This document shows positions 41,796 through 53,900 of a stretch of DNA of 64,000 bases, piece by piece (the stretch's first letter is position 1; the number at the start of each line of letters is the position of its first letter). A program made the position numbers and the translations under genes. Source of the stretch: Thecamonas trahens ATCC 50062 (taxonomy: Eukaryota; Protista; Apusomonadida); assembly GCF_000142905.1 (NCBI RefSeq), contig NW_013657630.1:85589-149588 (forward strand), given 5' to 3'. The notes under the pieces are model-generated. The model was not told where the DNA came from and did not search any database. It saw nothing but the letters and a program-made list of their open reading frames with translations.

Positions 41796-44393
41796 ATGAA
41801 ACGGTGGCGCGAAGTGGTGCATGCCCACTCGGGCGGGTGGAAGTCCACAGCCAGTGCACAGTGGAAGGCCATTCTGGCCACAGTTGCTGCTCCACCTACA
41901 GGTCTCCTCCCTTCCACACAAAGCCGCTCGTCCAAGCCCTCCACCGCATGGCCTACTTTCTCGGACTCTGCCTGCTGCCTATCAAACTCATCTTCAAACT
42001 CATCGTTGTCGTCGTCAGCATCGGTTGATCACTCTCTTAGTGATCATGGTCTTGACCATGATGATGTTGATGTCGCTCCGCTCCTCGCTCGCGCGCCGTC
42101 GCTGGAGATGCTTGCGCCGGACTTGGCGGCTATGGCCCGCACGCTCAAGTCGCAGAGTCATCGGAGCAATGGCTTGGACGATTCTGAGTCTGATTCGGGT
42201 GAATCCGACTCGGACTCGTCCTCGCTTGATCCGGGCTTGGCCCTCTCGCCCACAAAGATCAATAGCTCGCCGGACGACGATGCTGGAGAGGTGTGGACGA
42301 CAGTGCTTGCTGCGGTCAAAGCAAAGCGGCTTGCTGAGAGCAACTACAACGACGATGATGACGATGACGCTTCGTCCGACGATGGCATGGACATGGAAGA
42401 TGTGGAGGCCTTTCCGCCTGAGCTCCGCCGAGTCTCGTCGCAGCTGCTGCTGCCGCAAGAGTCGGCCGGCGAGCTGCGCGGTGCTGCCCGCTGGCGCGCA
42501 GTCGTGGCAGCCAACAAGGACACGCTCGCCGAGTTGGCCACCGCCACCTGGACTCGTATCGCTGGCACGGTGTCCGGCTCGGATGTCTCCGAGACCGAGA
42601 CTGAAGCCGAGGCCGAGTTCGGCACTCCCGAGCTCGCAGCCGACCCGCGCGCCGACAGCCTCTCCTGGCCTGTGGTGCTCTCAGAGCTCGAGTCCTCTCT
42701 CGAGCCACAAAGTGGGCCGTGGCTCACCTCGATGCTCTCGTCCGAATCACTTCACGATATGCGGTGGGGCGAGATTCAGAACTACGCCGACAAGCATCAC
42801 CCCGAGCTGGTCGAGGTCGTTGACTCGACGCTGCCGAGCTCCGACTGGGACCGTACCGAGCTTCCGGATGAGTTGCCTTCCATCAGCGACTCGACGCTCC
42901 GTGCTCGGCGCACCAGACACTCGCATGGCCGAAATCTGAGTCCGGCTGCCGTCCTTGTTCTCCGCGCCGCGCACTCGCGCGACTCGATGGGCGTGGCATC
43001 CAACAGCTCGCTTGCCAGCATGAACGCGCGCATTGCATCGTACGACGGCCTCTTTGCTGACTTGGTCAGGGACAACGGGAAACGCTGGCTGCCGGACGGG
43101 CTCACCCCATCCCCGTCCCTACAAGACCTGGTCGCTGATCCGGAGCTGGCCGCCACCGCCGCCTCACAGCCCGACTGGCGCGATGTTGCCAAGTCGCAGT
43201 GGTTAGTTGCCACCGCGCACGCTGACCTCTTATCGGCCGACTCGGACTCGGTCGACTTTACTTCGGACGACGACCATGCTGGCTCACACTCGTCGTCGCA
43301 ACACTCGGCCTGCGGCAGCAGACCGGGCGCCAGCGCCGACCTCAACGGGTCGACATCGCTGGAGGAGGCCATTGCACTCGCCTCAGCTGCAGCGACAGGC
43401 GCGGAACCGCCAGCGCCGCCTCCGATGATTATCACGGGTGTCCACGAGCTCCCGCTGGATACACTCCTCGAGTCCATTTCTGCAGCTGCGGCTCCAACGC
43501 CGTCGCCGCGCTCGCTGCCTCGTTCGCATCTCGAGCACTCGAACTTGGTCCAGACACTTGCACAGCTGTCGAGCCTTGTCGCCGACAAGGTTGCCGACGC
43601 CAAAGCCGTGCTCGCCATCTCGCCCGACCCGGCGCTCGGCAACGCCTATCGCTCGCTCTGCGCCGAAGCAGACTCGCTGGCTGAGACTCTCGATGCCGTG
43701 ACTAGTGGTGCTGAGCGGACCGGTGCCACGCACGCTGGCCCGCACGTGGCCACTGAGACCATCGACGCGCTGCGGGCGTACGCACACCGTGCCGAAGCCC
43801 AGGTCAAGGTACTTGGAAATCGATTCGAGGCTACCGCAGCCGCAACTCGCTCCGCCATTGCCCGCGTTCGTTCACAAGCAAACCGACTCGACGACCTGGC
43901 TGTGCGGCGGGCAGCGCTCGACGCCCAGTTGGCAGAGCTTGAGGCGCTGCACGTGTCAGCGCTCGAGACAGGAGCACATGCGCGTACGACTAGTGATGCT
44001 GCCGCTGCCGCTGGCGACTCGGTCGCTGCCTCCTTGATCAACAAGATCGTGACAGTGCAGCAGCGGCGGCTGGCGCCGACACCGCCGTCCGCGGAGCCTC
44101 TAGACATGCGTCCGTTGGGTGCGCGACTCGACGCGCTCTCGGCTACCCTCGCGGCGTCGTTGGAGCACAACCGCGAGCGGCTAGCATCGGCGCGGTCTCA
44201 CGCTCTCTCACAGTCGCCGTCACGGCTGCAGTTCTCGGGCCGGGCAGCAGCGCGGGCGCAGCAGCAGCGGACTAGCACGCCGCCGCCACGTCGCGGCCGC
44301 CGAGGCCAGACAAGAAGAGCCGGGCGCGGGCGCGGCCCGCTGGAGGCACGGCTGCTGGCGTCACCGTCGTCGGTCACCAACCCGTGGCGGTAG
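41796..44393 (+). CDS. Uncharacterised protein: acidic disordered N-half with repeated WxxV/I motifs, helical/coiled-coil C-half
   Basis: 865-aa ORF filling the space between neighbouring genes; no confident family. Confidence 0.7.
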   Translation: MKRWREVVHAHSGGWKSTASAQWKAILATVAAPPTGLLPSTQSRSSKPSTAWPTFSDSACCLSNSSSNSSLSSSASVDHSLSDHGLDHDDVDVAPLLARAPSLEMLAPDLAAMARTLKSQSHRSNGLDDSESDSGESDSDSSSLDPGLALSPTKINSSPDDDAGEVWTTVLAAVKAKRLAESNYNDDDDDDASSDDGMDMEDVEAFPPELRRVSSQLLLPQESAGELRGAARWRAVVAANKDTLAELATATWTRIAGTVSGSDVSETETEAEAEFGTPELAADPRADSLSWPVVLSELESSLEPQSGPWLTSMLSSESLHDMRWGEIQNYADKHHPELVEVVDSTLPSSDWDRTELPDELPSISDSTLRARRTRHSHGRNLSPAAVLVLRAAHSRDSMGVASNSSLASMNARIASYDGLFADLVRDNGKRWLPDGLTPSPSLQDLVADPELAATAASQPDWRDVAKSQWLVATAHADLLSADSDSVDFTSDDDHAGSHSSSQHSACGSRPGASADLNGSTSLEEAIALASAAATGAEPPAPPPMIITGVHELPLDTLLESISAAAAPTPSPRSLPRSHLEHSNLVQTLAQLSSLVADKVADAKAVLAISPDPALGNAYRSLCAEADSLAETLDAVTSGAERTGATHAGPHVATETIDALRAYAHRAEAQVKVLGNRFEATAAATRSAIARVRSQANRLDDLAVRRAALDAQLAELEALHVSALETGAHARTTSDAAAAAGDSVAASLINKIVTVQQRRLAPTPPSAEPLDMRPLGARLDALSATLAASLEHNRERLASARSHALSQSPSRLQFSGRAAARAQQQRTSTPPPRRGRRGQTRRAGRGRGPLEARLLASPSSVTNPWR

Positions 44394-44472
44394 ACGGTAA
44401 AAAGAGGCAGTGAGAGAGAGGATTCTGCGGGAGCAGCGTTTTACGTGAATTGACAGCCGACAACTACACGCT

Positions 44473-47400
44473 CTAGCCGACAAGCGAGAGCACAAGCTCG
44501 CGCACAAACTCGACCTCGCATCGGACAGTGAGCTCCATCTGGACAGTCCGGGTTTGGTCGAGCTTGAGGCGGATGCGAACAAGAAGCGGGACCTGGCCGG
44601 CAAAGACGGCGGAGAGGAGGAGGGTGTGAGTGACGGCGTCGGGCTTGACGGCATTCGAGCGCTCGCAAACCTGCATTCCAAGCAAGTCGATGAGGGTGGA
44701 GACAGCCTCGGCGACTGAACCGAGCGAGCCGAGGGCAAAGAGCTCGAGTGACTGATGGTCGTCGGTAAACTTGTCCCAGGCGGCAGCAAAGTTGGGCACA
44801 AAGGTCTTCTGCATGTAGTCTGCGGGGGCAATGTCGACTTCGTCGACCTCGTACTCGTCGTCTTCGCCCTCGTCGCCCTCCTCGGGCTCGCCAGACTCGG
44901 GGTCGACGTCAAGGACGCGGAACTTGAGGGTGCACGAAAAGGTGGCCGAGGGGAAGGCGGTCGCCTCCTTGCGAAGGACGACCCAGGCGGTGCCCGGGGC
45001 GCCATAGGCGATGGTGGGCGCGGCTACGACGCCGATGGGCTCGAGCCCGTCGTCACCGTCGGCAAACTCGACAACTGGCGTGACATCCTTGAGGCAGAAC
45101 ATGTCGAGGGTGTTGGTGACGTTGAACTGGAGGAGGACAGCCTGGGCGAACGAGTGCTTGACGACGTTGACCTGGTACTCGGTCTCGATCTCGGTCAGCT
45201 GGACCGGCGCCGACGAGGCGTACGGCGCGCCGAGCGGTGCAAGCTGCGGGACGGCGGCAATCATGGCGGCGTACATGGCGGCAGACGACGAGGCGGCCGG
45301 CGAGCCGGCGGCGGCGGCCGGGCTGGCTTCGGCGTGCGGCGCCTCGCCGGCGGCGGCGGCGCCACGGGCGGCCGGCGCCACTGGGTCAGGCTGGACGGTT
45401 GCGAGATTAAACGGGGTCCGCGACGGCTTGGCCTGATACTCGAGGAGGGCGGCCTCGAGGTTCTTGACGGGCAGCGGGCCGTCGTCGAGAACGAGGGCAA
45501 CGTCCTCGGGCGAGGCGCCCGCCTCGAGGAGAGCGACATACATGGCGCAGCGGTCGCGGACCTCGTCGTCGGTGTCAAACATGCAGCGCTTGAGGAGCGT
45601 GGTAACGGCGTCCTTAAGCGGCTCGCAGAGGAGGCCAAAGCGAGCGAGGGTGGAGACGGCAGCGGCGCGGACGGGCGCCACCTCGAGAATGACGCGGTTG
45701 TAGATGAAGCGGATGAAGCGCGACGGGTTGGCCGTCCGCGGGCCGACGGCGCCCATGAGGTGAAGAATGCGGATGGAGAGGATGGGAAAGTCGCAGTCCT
45801 CGATAAACTCGCACAGCTGCGAAAGGCCCGACTCTGCGGCGTCGGGGATCTGGTCGATGAGCAGCATGATGGTATCGACAATGGTCTTCTTGTACTCATA
45901 ACCGCCCTCCGAGTCGCGGAGCGCAGCGGCGAGGAACGAAATCATCATGTGGTGCTTCTTGGGGTAGCGGAGGCAGAGCGAGCGGATGGCGTCGACGACA
46001 ACAACCTTGAACTCGTCGGGAATGTCGCCCATGAACTCGGACATCTGAGTCATCAGCCGCTCTACCGACGACTCGGAGCCGATCTTGAGCAGCGTGGTGA
46101 TGGCAAGGGTGGCGACGGAGCGGTTCGAGTCCTTGACCAGCGTCTCGAGCTCGACCATGCACTGCGTGACCGAAACCGGGTGGGTCATGGCAACGGCGTT
46201 GAGCGTCCGCACCGCAGCGTACTTGTGCGACGACTTGGGCGAGCCAAGGAGGAGGTGCAGGACAGTGATGGCCGGCGTCAACTCGCGCGCGGTGATTGAC
46301 GGAATGTTGCAAATCGCCCGTGCAGCCTCGTAGATGACCATCTCCGACTTGTGGCGGAGGCAGAGCTCGAGGTAGTCAAAGAGCGAGGTGTCGGGCACGC
46401 CCGATGGGTCGTCGGCAATGACGTGCGAGGCGAGCCGGATGAGGAGGCAGGTGGCGTACGGGCACCGCAGCGTCGACTGCTTGGTCAGCGTCTGCACAAG
46501 CCGCGTCACAGCCAGCCGGTCCTGCTGCTTGATCTTGTACAGCAGGCCGAGCGCGTGGTACTGCACCATCACCGCCCGCGACTTGAGCGCTTCGTTGACC
46601 TGCGAGACCCACCGCTTGACAATGTCCTTGTTCTCGCCCATCAGGTGCATGGCCGAGACGAGCGCAGCAGACGCCACATATGTGTTCTTGTCCACAATCG
46701 CCTGCATGATGTACCGCTCAATCTGCCCCAGCATCGACGGGTCAGTCACATTGCAGAGGACCCGGACCGAGTTGGCCTTGAGCATGGGCGAGTTTGAGTT
46801 GAGGTCCTTCATCACCACAGCTGTGATCATGATGACATCCTCAGCAGACTCGGCGAGCTCCTTGATGACCAGATACACCATCCGCCGAAGCTGAAGCGAC
46901 GTTGCCTGAAACAGCTTAGAGGTGGCAAAGAAGACGTCAGTAGCCTCAGTCGTCGTCAGCGACTCTCCCTGGTGCAACAGGTACAGAATCTTGGTGAGGA
47001 TGGGGATGCACTTGCCGGCCTTGATCGGCGACTTGTGAAACAGCCGCGCCTCCTGCAGCACCGTCGACTTGACCAAGTTGGCAAACGGGTTCACCCGCTC
47101 TGGACATTCAACATCCACCATTTAGCAGCATGAGTATAGGTGGAGGGTCTGGAGGGGGGGTGGGGAGGGAGGGGGGAGGGGGAGGGAGGGAGGGAGGGAG
47201 GGAGGGNNNNNNNNNNNNNNNNNNNNNNNNNNNNNNNNNNNNNNNNNNNNNNNNNNNNNNNNNNNNNNNNNNNNNNNNNNNNNNNNNNNNNNNNNNNNNN
47301 NNNNNNGGGGGGGGGCTAGTGGGGATACTGGAGGGATATGGGAGCGGGAAAAGAGTGTAGGGATGTAGAAGGGGTAGAGGTGGTGGAGGTGGGATGTATT

Positions 47401-47652
47401 TGCGCTGGATAGTTGCGTTGTGATTGGCTGTAGAGGTAGTGGGCTAGCTGGTGTCGGTGCGGGCAAAAAACAGACGGTCGCCACGTCGTCTGGCACATGG
47501 GGGGGGTGGCGCGCATGGGGGGGAGAGGGGAGGGGGGAGGGGGGAGGGGGGGGGAGGGAGGGAGGGAAGGGATGAGGAGAGGGAGGTGGGCATGGGGAAG
47601 AAGGGGGACAATCTGTGGTCGTACCGTCATCGTCCTTCTTGAACCCCGACAT
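44473..47652 (-). CDS. COPG: Coatomer subunit gamma; exons 47652-47625 and 47099-44473
   Basis: KSTVLQEARLF, LTKILYLL.QGE, LCEFIEDC, RFIYNRVILE, LTE.ETEY.V appendage; MSGFKKDDD|E in-phase splice. Confidence 0.97.
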
Positions 47653-47915
47653 GGAGACACAAGGCGAGCGCAGTGTCTGGCTCTGCAGCTCAGTGCTGCC
47701 GAGTGGCCAAGTACTGAGCGTAGCGAGTTGGAGGCTGGCAACGATGAATGGTAGGAGACAATGATTAATCTCGCCATTCTTGACGATCATTCTGGGCAAC
47801 AAGTCAACAGCATGTACACCAGCATGAGCCATCTGCACCAGCAGTCCTTTCACCTGCCTTGCACACGACTAGTCGAGGCCTTGGTCGAGCCCGTCATCGC
47901 CCAAGGCCTCGACAA

Positions 47916-47994
47916 TCAATAATCGTTGGTCTCCATATCGTTGGTCTCAATAATCGTTGGTCTCAATAATCGTTGGTCTCAATAATCGTTGGCA
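47916..47994. repeat. 16-bp tandem repeat TCAATAATCGTTGGTC x5 in the divergent COPG/FERM intergenic region
   Basis: Direct inspection; one unit degenerate. Confidence 0.9.
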
Positions 47995-48097
47995 TTGGCA
48001 GCACCGAGACATCGCAACCAAAACCACCTCCCCCTCCCTACACCAGACAACACACTCGACTCCCCCCCTCACCCACCCACACGGCGAGAGGGAGAGC

Positions 48098-50902
48098 ATG
48101 CCTGTGGTAGTGTGCGAGGACGGCAAGCGAAGGCGGCTGGTGCACAAGAAGCGATTGGTAAAGGGGAAGAAAAAGACGGTGACCAAGAAGAAGCGCCTGG
48201 TCCGTATTGTGGACGACGGGGCCTTGGGCGGCGCCGACTCGCTGGCTCAAAGGGAGGATCTGGCAGGTCGGACGAATGGGGCGATGGTGAGAAAGGTCAA
48301 ATCGCAGGAGATGGCCACCTCTTCCATGACTCGCGCCATGTCACATGACGAAAACGCTCTCGCATCGCAGCCGCTCGGCAACTCGCTCCAGCTGGTCCAC
48401 TCGCAGCAGACCACATCGATGCCGACAACAGGCGCATCGAGTGCGACGTCGTTTTCGGCGGTGGCTATGGCGGCAGCCGCGTTTCATCCTGGCAGTGCAG
48501 GCCGGAAGGGTGATGTGCTTGGCCAGGAACACGAGGAAGATCTGACTCCCGAGGAGCGGATCCAGCGCCGGCTGGATGAACGGCAGCGGATGGCTATGAC
48601 TAGACACTTGGATGAGCTGGAGCGCCGAAAGGCTCGCGAGGCGATGCCGACCCAAGGCGCGCCGCGCAAGTGGATCATGGTCCATCTAGTCACCCCCGAT
48701 GGCTCGGTCCAGCGGCGGGTCCAGCTCCACGAGCTGGTCAGCGGCGAGTTTCTTCTCAAGGGTTTTGCCGAGAAGCTCAAGCTCATTGAGTGGGAGCATT
48801 TTCAGCTGGCCAAGGTCATCGGCGGCGGCAACGCCTTTGCCCGCTACCTCGACGCCGTCGAAGCGCGGCTGGTCATGCCCGACGCTGTCGACGAGGCATC
48901 TACCAGCCCGACGCCGCGAGCCCGCAAGTTTGCACCTGACGCAAGCAGCCAGGGTGGAGACCATGCGACTGCCATCCCGCAGCTCAAGCTGCAGTGGATT
49001 CACGACGAGGTCAAGGTGATGGAACAGGGAGTGAAGGAGGGCGACGTGCTGGTGCTGATGGTCAAGCTCTACACCGCCGACGTCGCCGAGTGCACCTGCG
49101 TCCGGGCTGTCCAACTCTACTACGTCGACATTGCCATCAAGATCTTCTCGCACGTGTGGAAGGTGACGGCCGAACAGGCGTACAAGCTTGCGTCGTTCAT
49201 GGTCCACATCCGGCTCGGCTCCTACTCTAAGGCTCGCGAGAAGGACCGCAGCGCGCTCGCCAATTCGCTCGGCCACATCCTCCCAGCCAGCTTTATCCCG
49301 CGGTCGAAAAAGGCGCGCAAAGCCGTCACCCGCACCATCTTTCGCTACTACAAAGAGTACGCCGGCATGCGCCGGACGCTCGCCATGATCAACTTTTGCG
49401 AGTACGCCACGCTCGCTGCGGGCTATGGCTCCATCGTCTTTCACGTTCACCAGTCCTCGTCGGCGGCCGCCGCTGTCGGCTCCGCCGCGCCGTCATCAGC
49501 CGACTCGGGCGATGAGCTCAGCGACGGTGACGGCGCGATGGGCGCCCTTGTTGACGCCCGCCGCCGCGCTTCCGCGCCAGTCCGATCGCTCGCCATCCTC
49601 CCGCAAGGCCTAGCAGTGTACGACGCCGCGGCCTGGGACGCCGCATCGGCAGACACTCTCCCGCTTCCGCTCGAGGTCCACACTTTTGAGTCCGACATCG
49701 ACGCCTTTACCTACGATGCCGGCACCCTCGACGTCGTCCTCTCCTCCGGCCGCATCCTCTCGTTCGAGGCCGCAAAGGTGGGCGCTGACAACGACTCACT
49801 TGATGGGCATGATTTCGCCGAGCTCTCTGTCGAGCCAATGGCGCACGCCCGCGAAGTCCTGGGAGGTTACCAACACTTTTTCTTCATCGGCAAGGTCTCG
49901 ACGCCCGGCGCGTCGCACCGCCGGCGCACCGCCTTTTCGGTCGCCGTCAGCCTGCCTTCTGGCGAGCTCCGCGAGTCGATTGCTGTGACCCAGACAACAA
50001 CCGGAGACAAAGTCTTTCGTGAGTATGCTGACCGGCTGCAGATCACCCACCGCGCCGGCTTTGGCCTCTGTGAGTCGACGCTCGACAACGACCGCTGGCT
50101 CGACATGAACCGGCCGCTGGTCGACCAGTTTGTGACCAAGCGGACCAAGCTGGTCTTCAAGATGCGGTACTTTTTCATCACCGATGCGTCCATCGCCGCC
50201 GAGGACGACGATCACGCCGTCATGGCCATCTTCCACCAAGTACGCCAGCTCATTCTCGACGGCTACTACCTGGTCACCGAGGAGGAGGCCATCGAGTTTG
50301 CCGCATTCTCGTGCTTTGTGGAGAACGGCGCCTATGACCGCTCCGCCCACGCCGTGAGCATGATCGTCGCCGACGGCCTCGGCACTTACATTCCGACCTG
50401 GCTGCGCCCAAAGCGCAAGGACCGCGAGTGGGCCACGATGGTCTTCTCCCGCTTCCGCAAGATGGGTGACGTCGGCTCGGACGTCGAAGCCCAAAAAGCG
50501 TACATCATCCGCGCCATGGACCTCACCACCTTTGGCATCACCTACTTCAAGGTTCTCTCCGACGACGACCGCGACCTCTTGCTCGGCGTCGCGCCCGCAG
50601 GCATCGTCGTCTTCACCGCAACTCACTTTAAGAAGCTGCACGTCTTCTCCTACCGCGACCTCCGCATCGATGTCACGCCGGCCGCCGTCACCCTCACGGT
50701 GCTTGTCAAGGACGGCGAGGTCGACCCGCTCCTTGGCGCCGCCCCATCGCACTGGGAGGACCACATCATGTACACCGAGACGCCGCTCGAGGCCAAGTCG
50801 ATCCGCGAAATGGCCTCGACCTACCACCGCATTGCCTACGTGCGGGCACAAGTTCGCGCCCGCGAACGCGCCCGCGCCCTCGCCGTCAGCGGTGCCTTCT
50901 AG
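48098..50902 (+). CDS. Tandem double FERM-domain protein
   Basis: Two F1-F2-F3 sets, e.g. RWLDMNRPLVDQ..LVFKMRYF, FHQVRQLILDGYYLVTEEEAIEFAA, TFGITYFKV..LLGVAPAGI. Confidence 0.85.
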   Translation: MPVVVCEDGKRRRLVHKKRLVKGKKKTVTKKKRLVRIVDDGALGGADSLAQREDLAGRTNGAMVRKVKSQEMATSSMTRAMSHDENALASQPLGNSLQLVHSQQTTSMPTTGASSATSFSAVAMAAAAFHPGSAGRKGDVLGQEHEEDLTPEERIQRRLDERQRMAMTRHLDELERRKAREAMPTQGAPRKWIMVHLVTPDGSVQRRVQLHELVSGEFLLKGFAEKLKLIEWEHFQLAKVIGGGNAFARYLDAVEARLVMPDAVDEASTSPTPRARKFAPDASSQGGDHATAIPQLKLQWIHDEVKVMEQGVKEGDVLVLMVKLYTADVAECTCVRAVQLYYVDIAIKIFSHVWKVTAEQAYKLASFMVHIRLGSYSKAREKDRSALANSLGHILPASFIPRSKKARKAVTRTIFRYYKEYAGMRRTLAMINFCEYATLAAGYGSIVFHVHQSSSAAAAVGSAAPSSADSGDELSDGDGAMGALVDARRRASAPVRSLAILPQGLAVYDAAAWDAASADTLPLPLEVHTFESDIDAFTYDAGTLDVVLSSGRILSFEAAKVGADNDSLDGHDFAELSVEPMAHAREVLGGYQHFFFIGKVSTPGASHRRRTAFSVAVSLPSGELRESIAVTQTTTGDKVFREYADRLQITHRAGFGLCESTLDNDRWLDMNRPLVDQFVTKRTKLVFKMRYFFITDASIAAEDDDHAVMAIFHQVRQLILDGYYLVTEEEAIEFAAFSCFVENGAYDRSAHAVSMIVADGLGTYIPTWLRPKRKDREWATMVFSRFRKMGDVGSDVEAQKAYIIRAMDLTTFGITYFKVLSDDDRDLLLGVAPAGIVVFTATHFKKLHVFSYRDLRIDVTPAAVTLTVLVKDGEVDPLLGAAPSHWEDHIMYTETPLEAKSIREMASTYHRIAYVRAQVRARERARALAVSGAF

Positions 50903-50918
50903 CTGCAAGCTGCCAGCC

Positions 50919-53900
50919 TCAGCTGCTGGACCAGTCGTCGTCTGTCGTCTCGGTTGTGTCGGTGTGAAAGTCCGAGGTAAAGTGGCCCGAGGTGATGGTC
51001 GTGTCGAGGTCGGCGAGCGCAGTGCGGATGTGCGCTGGGAGCGGCGAAGACGGCGTCATCGGCGAGAGCGTCGGGTCGGGCCGCGGAACCCGGAGCGAGC
51101 GCGGGGTCATCATGCCCTCGGTGCTCCGGCTCGAGCTCTCGTCGTCGTCGGAGTGGCTCTCGTCTGGCCGCGGACGCCGCCGCCGCCGCATCCGACGCCG
51201 CGGCGGGATGGCGAGCGGCGCCGTCGGCGACCTGGCGACATCGCTCTCGGCCGCCGCCGCTGCCGCCAGCTCATCCAGCTCACCCGACTCGCTGCACGAC
51301 TCGTCGCTCTCGAGAACAAGCGGCCGCGAAAGCGCAACAAGTGCGGTGATGTTGTCAGTCGAGTTGGCGCGGTAAGCCTTGTCACGGAGCTCAAGCGCAA
51401 GCTCGAGTGCCGACTTGAGCGCGGCTGACGGCGCGCGGACAACTGCCGCCGCCGAAACGTCGTCGATGACGTCCCACACTCCGTCCGAGCCCATGATGAG
51501 AGCCTCGACGTGCAGCGAGGGAACCGAGACGACGTGCGGCTCGGTGCAAATAGTGGATACGTTGAGCGAGTCGCCGAGCGACCGCGCGAGGTTGATTGAG
51601 TCGTTGACGTAGCCGTCGGGTGTGACAAAGCCGCCGGCGGCCCTGATACGATCGTACTCGTCGTACGGCAGCTTGCCGACGTTGTGGTCGATGCTGAGTC
51701 GGACAACCCGCGGGTCGCGGACCATTCGTGAAGCGTGGGTCGGGCGGTGGAACTTGTCCAGCGTCCCGTACGACTCCTTGAACGACGACGCGGCGTAGTC
51801 GGGCGTGTCGTCAGAGAGGACAGCAACGGCGCGCGAGTCGCCGACGTTGCCAAGAATGATGCGGTCCGAGGCCCAGAGAGCAACTACCGCGGCAGCGCCG
51901 TCGCGCATGTCCGAAAGCGCCTCGACAGCGTCGCCAAACGCAAGGCGCATTGCCTCTTCCTCAGACACCGCAGCCTCGCGAAGGCGCGCCGCAAGGATGC
52001 GATGAAAGTTTGAGCCGAGCCAGACCGCCGTCAGCCGGCCACCGTGGCCATCAAACACGCCGAGGTACGAGTACACGCTCCCGCGCTCGGGAACCTCGAG
52101 CAGCTCGATGTGGCACACATCTTCCATGTACGGTCGATCGCCGACCATGTCAGCGATGCCCACGTCAGAGCAAACACCGCGGGCCGACGGTGAGCCGTCT
52201 TCAGGTGGAGGAAGCACAACAGCGTGCGAGTGTGAGAGGAACGCCGCCCGCCATGCCGGGAGCTCACCGACCGACATTCGCCGCGAGAGCTCCAGCCGCG
52301 GGCATCCGTCAACGCAGAGTGAGACGGTGGAGCCACGGAGCATGGTCGCGACTCGTGGGTGGATGACTGAGAGGTGCGGACAGAATCGGGCTGCAACATG
52401 TTGCACGCGCTTGATCTCTGCCAGCGCGTCCGGCAGAATCCTCAGCGGGTTCCCGGACAAGTTGAGCTCGCGGAGCATGTGGAGGCGGGTGAGTGAGCCG
52501 TCAATCTTGGTGATGGCATTGTTGGAGAGCTCAAGCACTTCGAGGGAAAGGCAGTCGTAGAGCGGCCGCGGAATGGCATCAAGCGAATTAGACGAAGCCC
52601 GGAAGACCTTGAGCTCCGGCAGGCCGCCGGCGGCCCAGGCTGGCAGCGTCGTGAGCGCATTGCCCGAGATAGCGAGCGTAATAAGGTTTGGCAGCTCCGG
52701 CAGGTCGTGAGCGCTGGCCGGTGCGTCCGGGAGCGCCGTCAGACGATTGTAGTCGAGTGAAAGCCGCTCGAGCGTGTCCGAGCAGAAGAGCTCGATCGGG
52801 AGGCCGGCGTCGTTGAGGTTGTTGAACGAAGCGATGACTGCGGTGAGCGACGGGAGCGAGCCGAGGCAGGCCGGCAAGGCGGTGAGTGCGTTGTGTGAGA
52901 CGTTGAGGTACTCGAGCGTGTGCAGGTGGTGGAGCTGTGACGGGAGGGTGGTGAGCGCGTTACGGGTGAGGTCAAGAACGCGGAGCGCGGCCCAGTGCGA
53001 GAGGCGCGGCAGGCCTGAGAGCTCCAGCCGCTCGAGGCCGCAGCGTGCCATTGAAAGCTGGGTAAACGGCAGGGCCTTGTTGGCGCGGCGCCGACGGCGG
53101 CGCGGGCGGCGGTTGGGGTGGCTGGAGCGAGCAACCTTGCCAGCCGCGTTGAGGTTGGGCATCGAAGTCTTCCGCGAGAGGCCGGTGTATGTGTACGCCG
53201 ACTTGGTGGTGGTGTGTGAGGTGGCGGCAATGGGTGGCGAGTCTGGCTCGTCGGTAAAGCCGCCGGTGCGGGCCGAGATTGACGACGCGCGCTGACGGCC
53301 GGAGGAGGCCGTGCCTGGGTTGCGCGACCCGTGTTTGGATGAGCCTGCAGGCGCAAAGTCGACTTCGTTGGGCGATGCCGCGGTTGGAGTCAAGCCCTGC
53401 AGCGCCGATGACGTGGTCGAGAGCGAGAGGTTGCGGGCCGAGGCCGAGTGGGCAAACGGCGAGCTCCCGGACGAGGCGTGTGGGCCGTTTGTGGGAGGCG
53501 AGTCCGACGGGCGGTGCTTGCGCGGCGTCCTCGACCGACCGTCGGTGGGATCCTCTTTGGCAAGCGAAGCTACGCCACCCTTGAGCGGGTTGCCGGCAAG
53601 TGTGACGACGGTGAGCAGCGGCGCGGCACCCAGCGTGCGCGGCGGCTGATCCAGAAAGTTGAGGTCGAGCCGGAGCTCGAGGAGGGTGGCAAACACACCG
53701 AGGTCAACGTCAAACTCGGTGAGGCGGTTCCGCGAGAGAACCAGGACAGCGAGCGAGCCGCCGACAGCCTCCAGGTCATCGGGGACGGCAACAATCTCGT
53801 TGGCTTCAAGGCGGAGCGTGTGCAGCGAGCGCATGGTCCCAATCCATCCACCGGGCAGTACCTCGAGGTGGTTGTGCCCGAGGTTGAGGACCTGGAGCTC

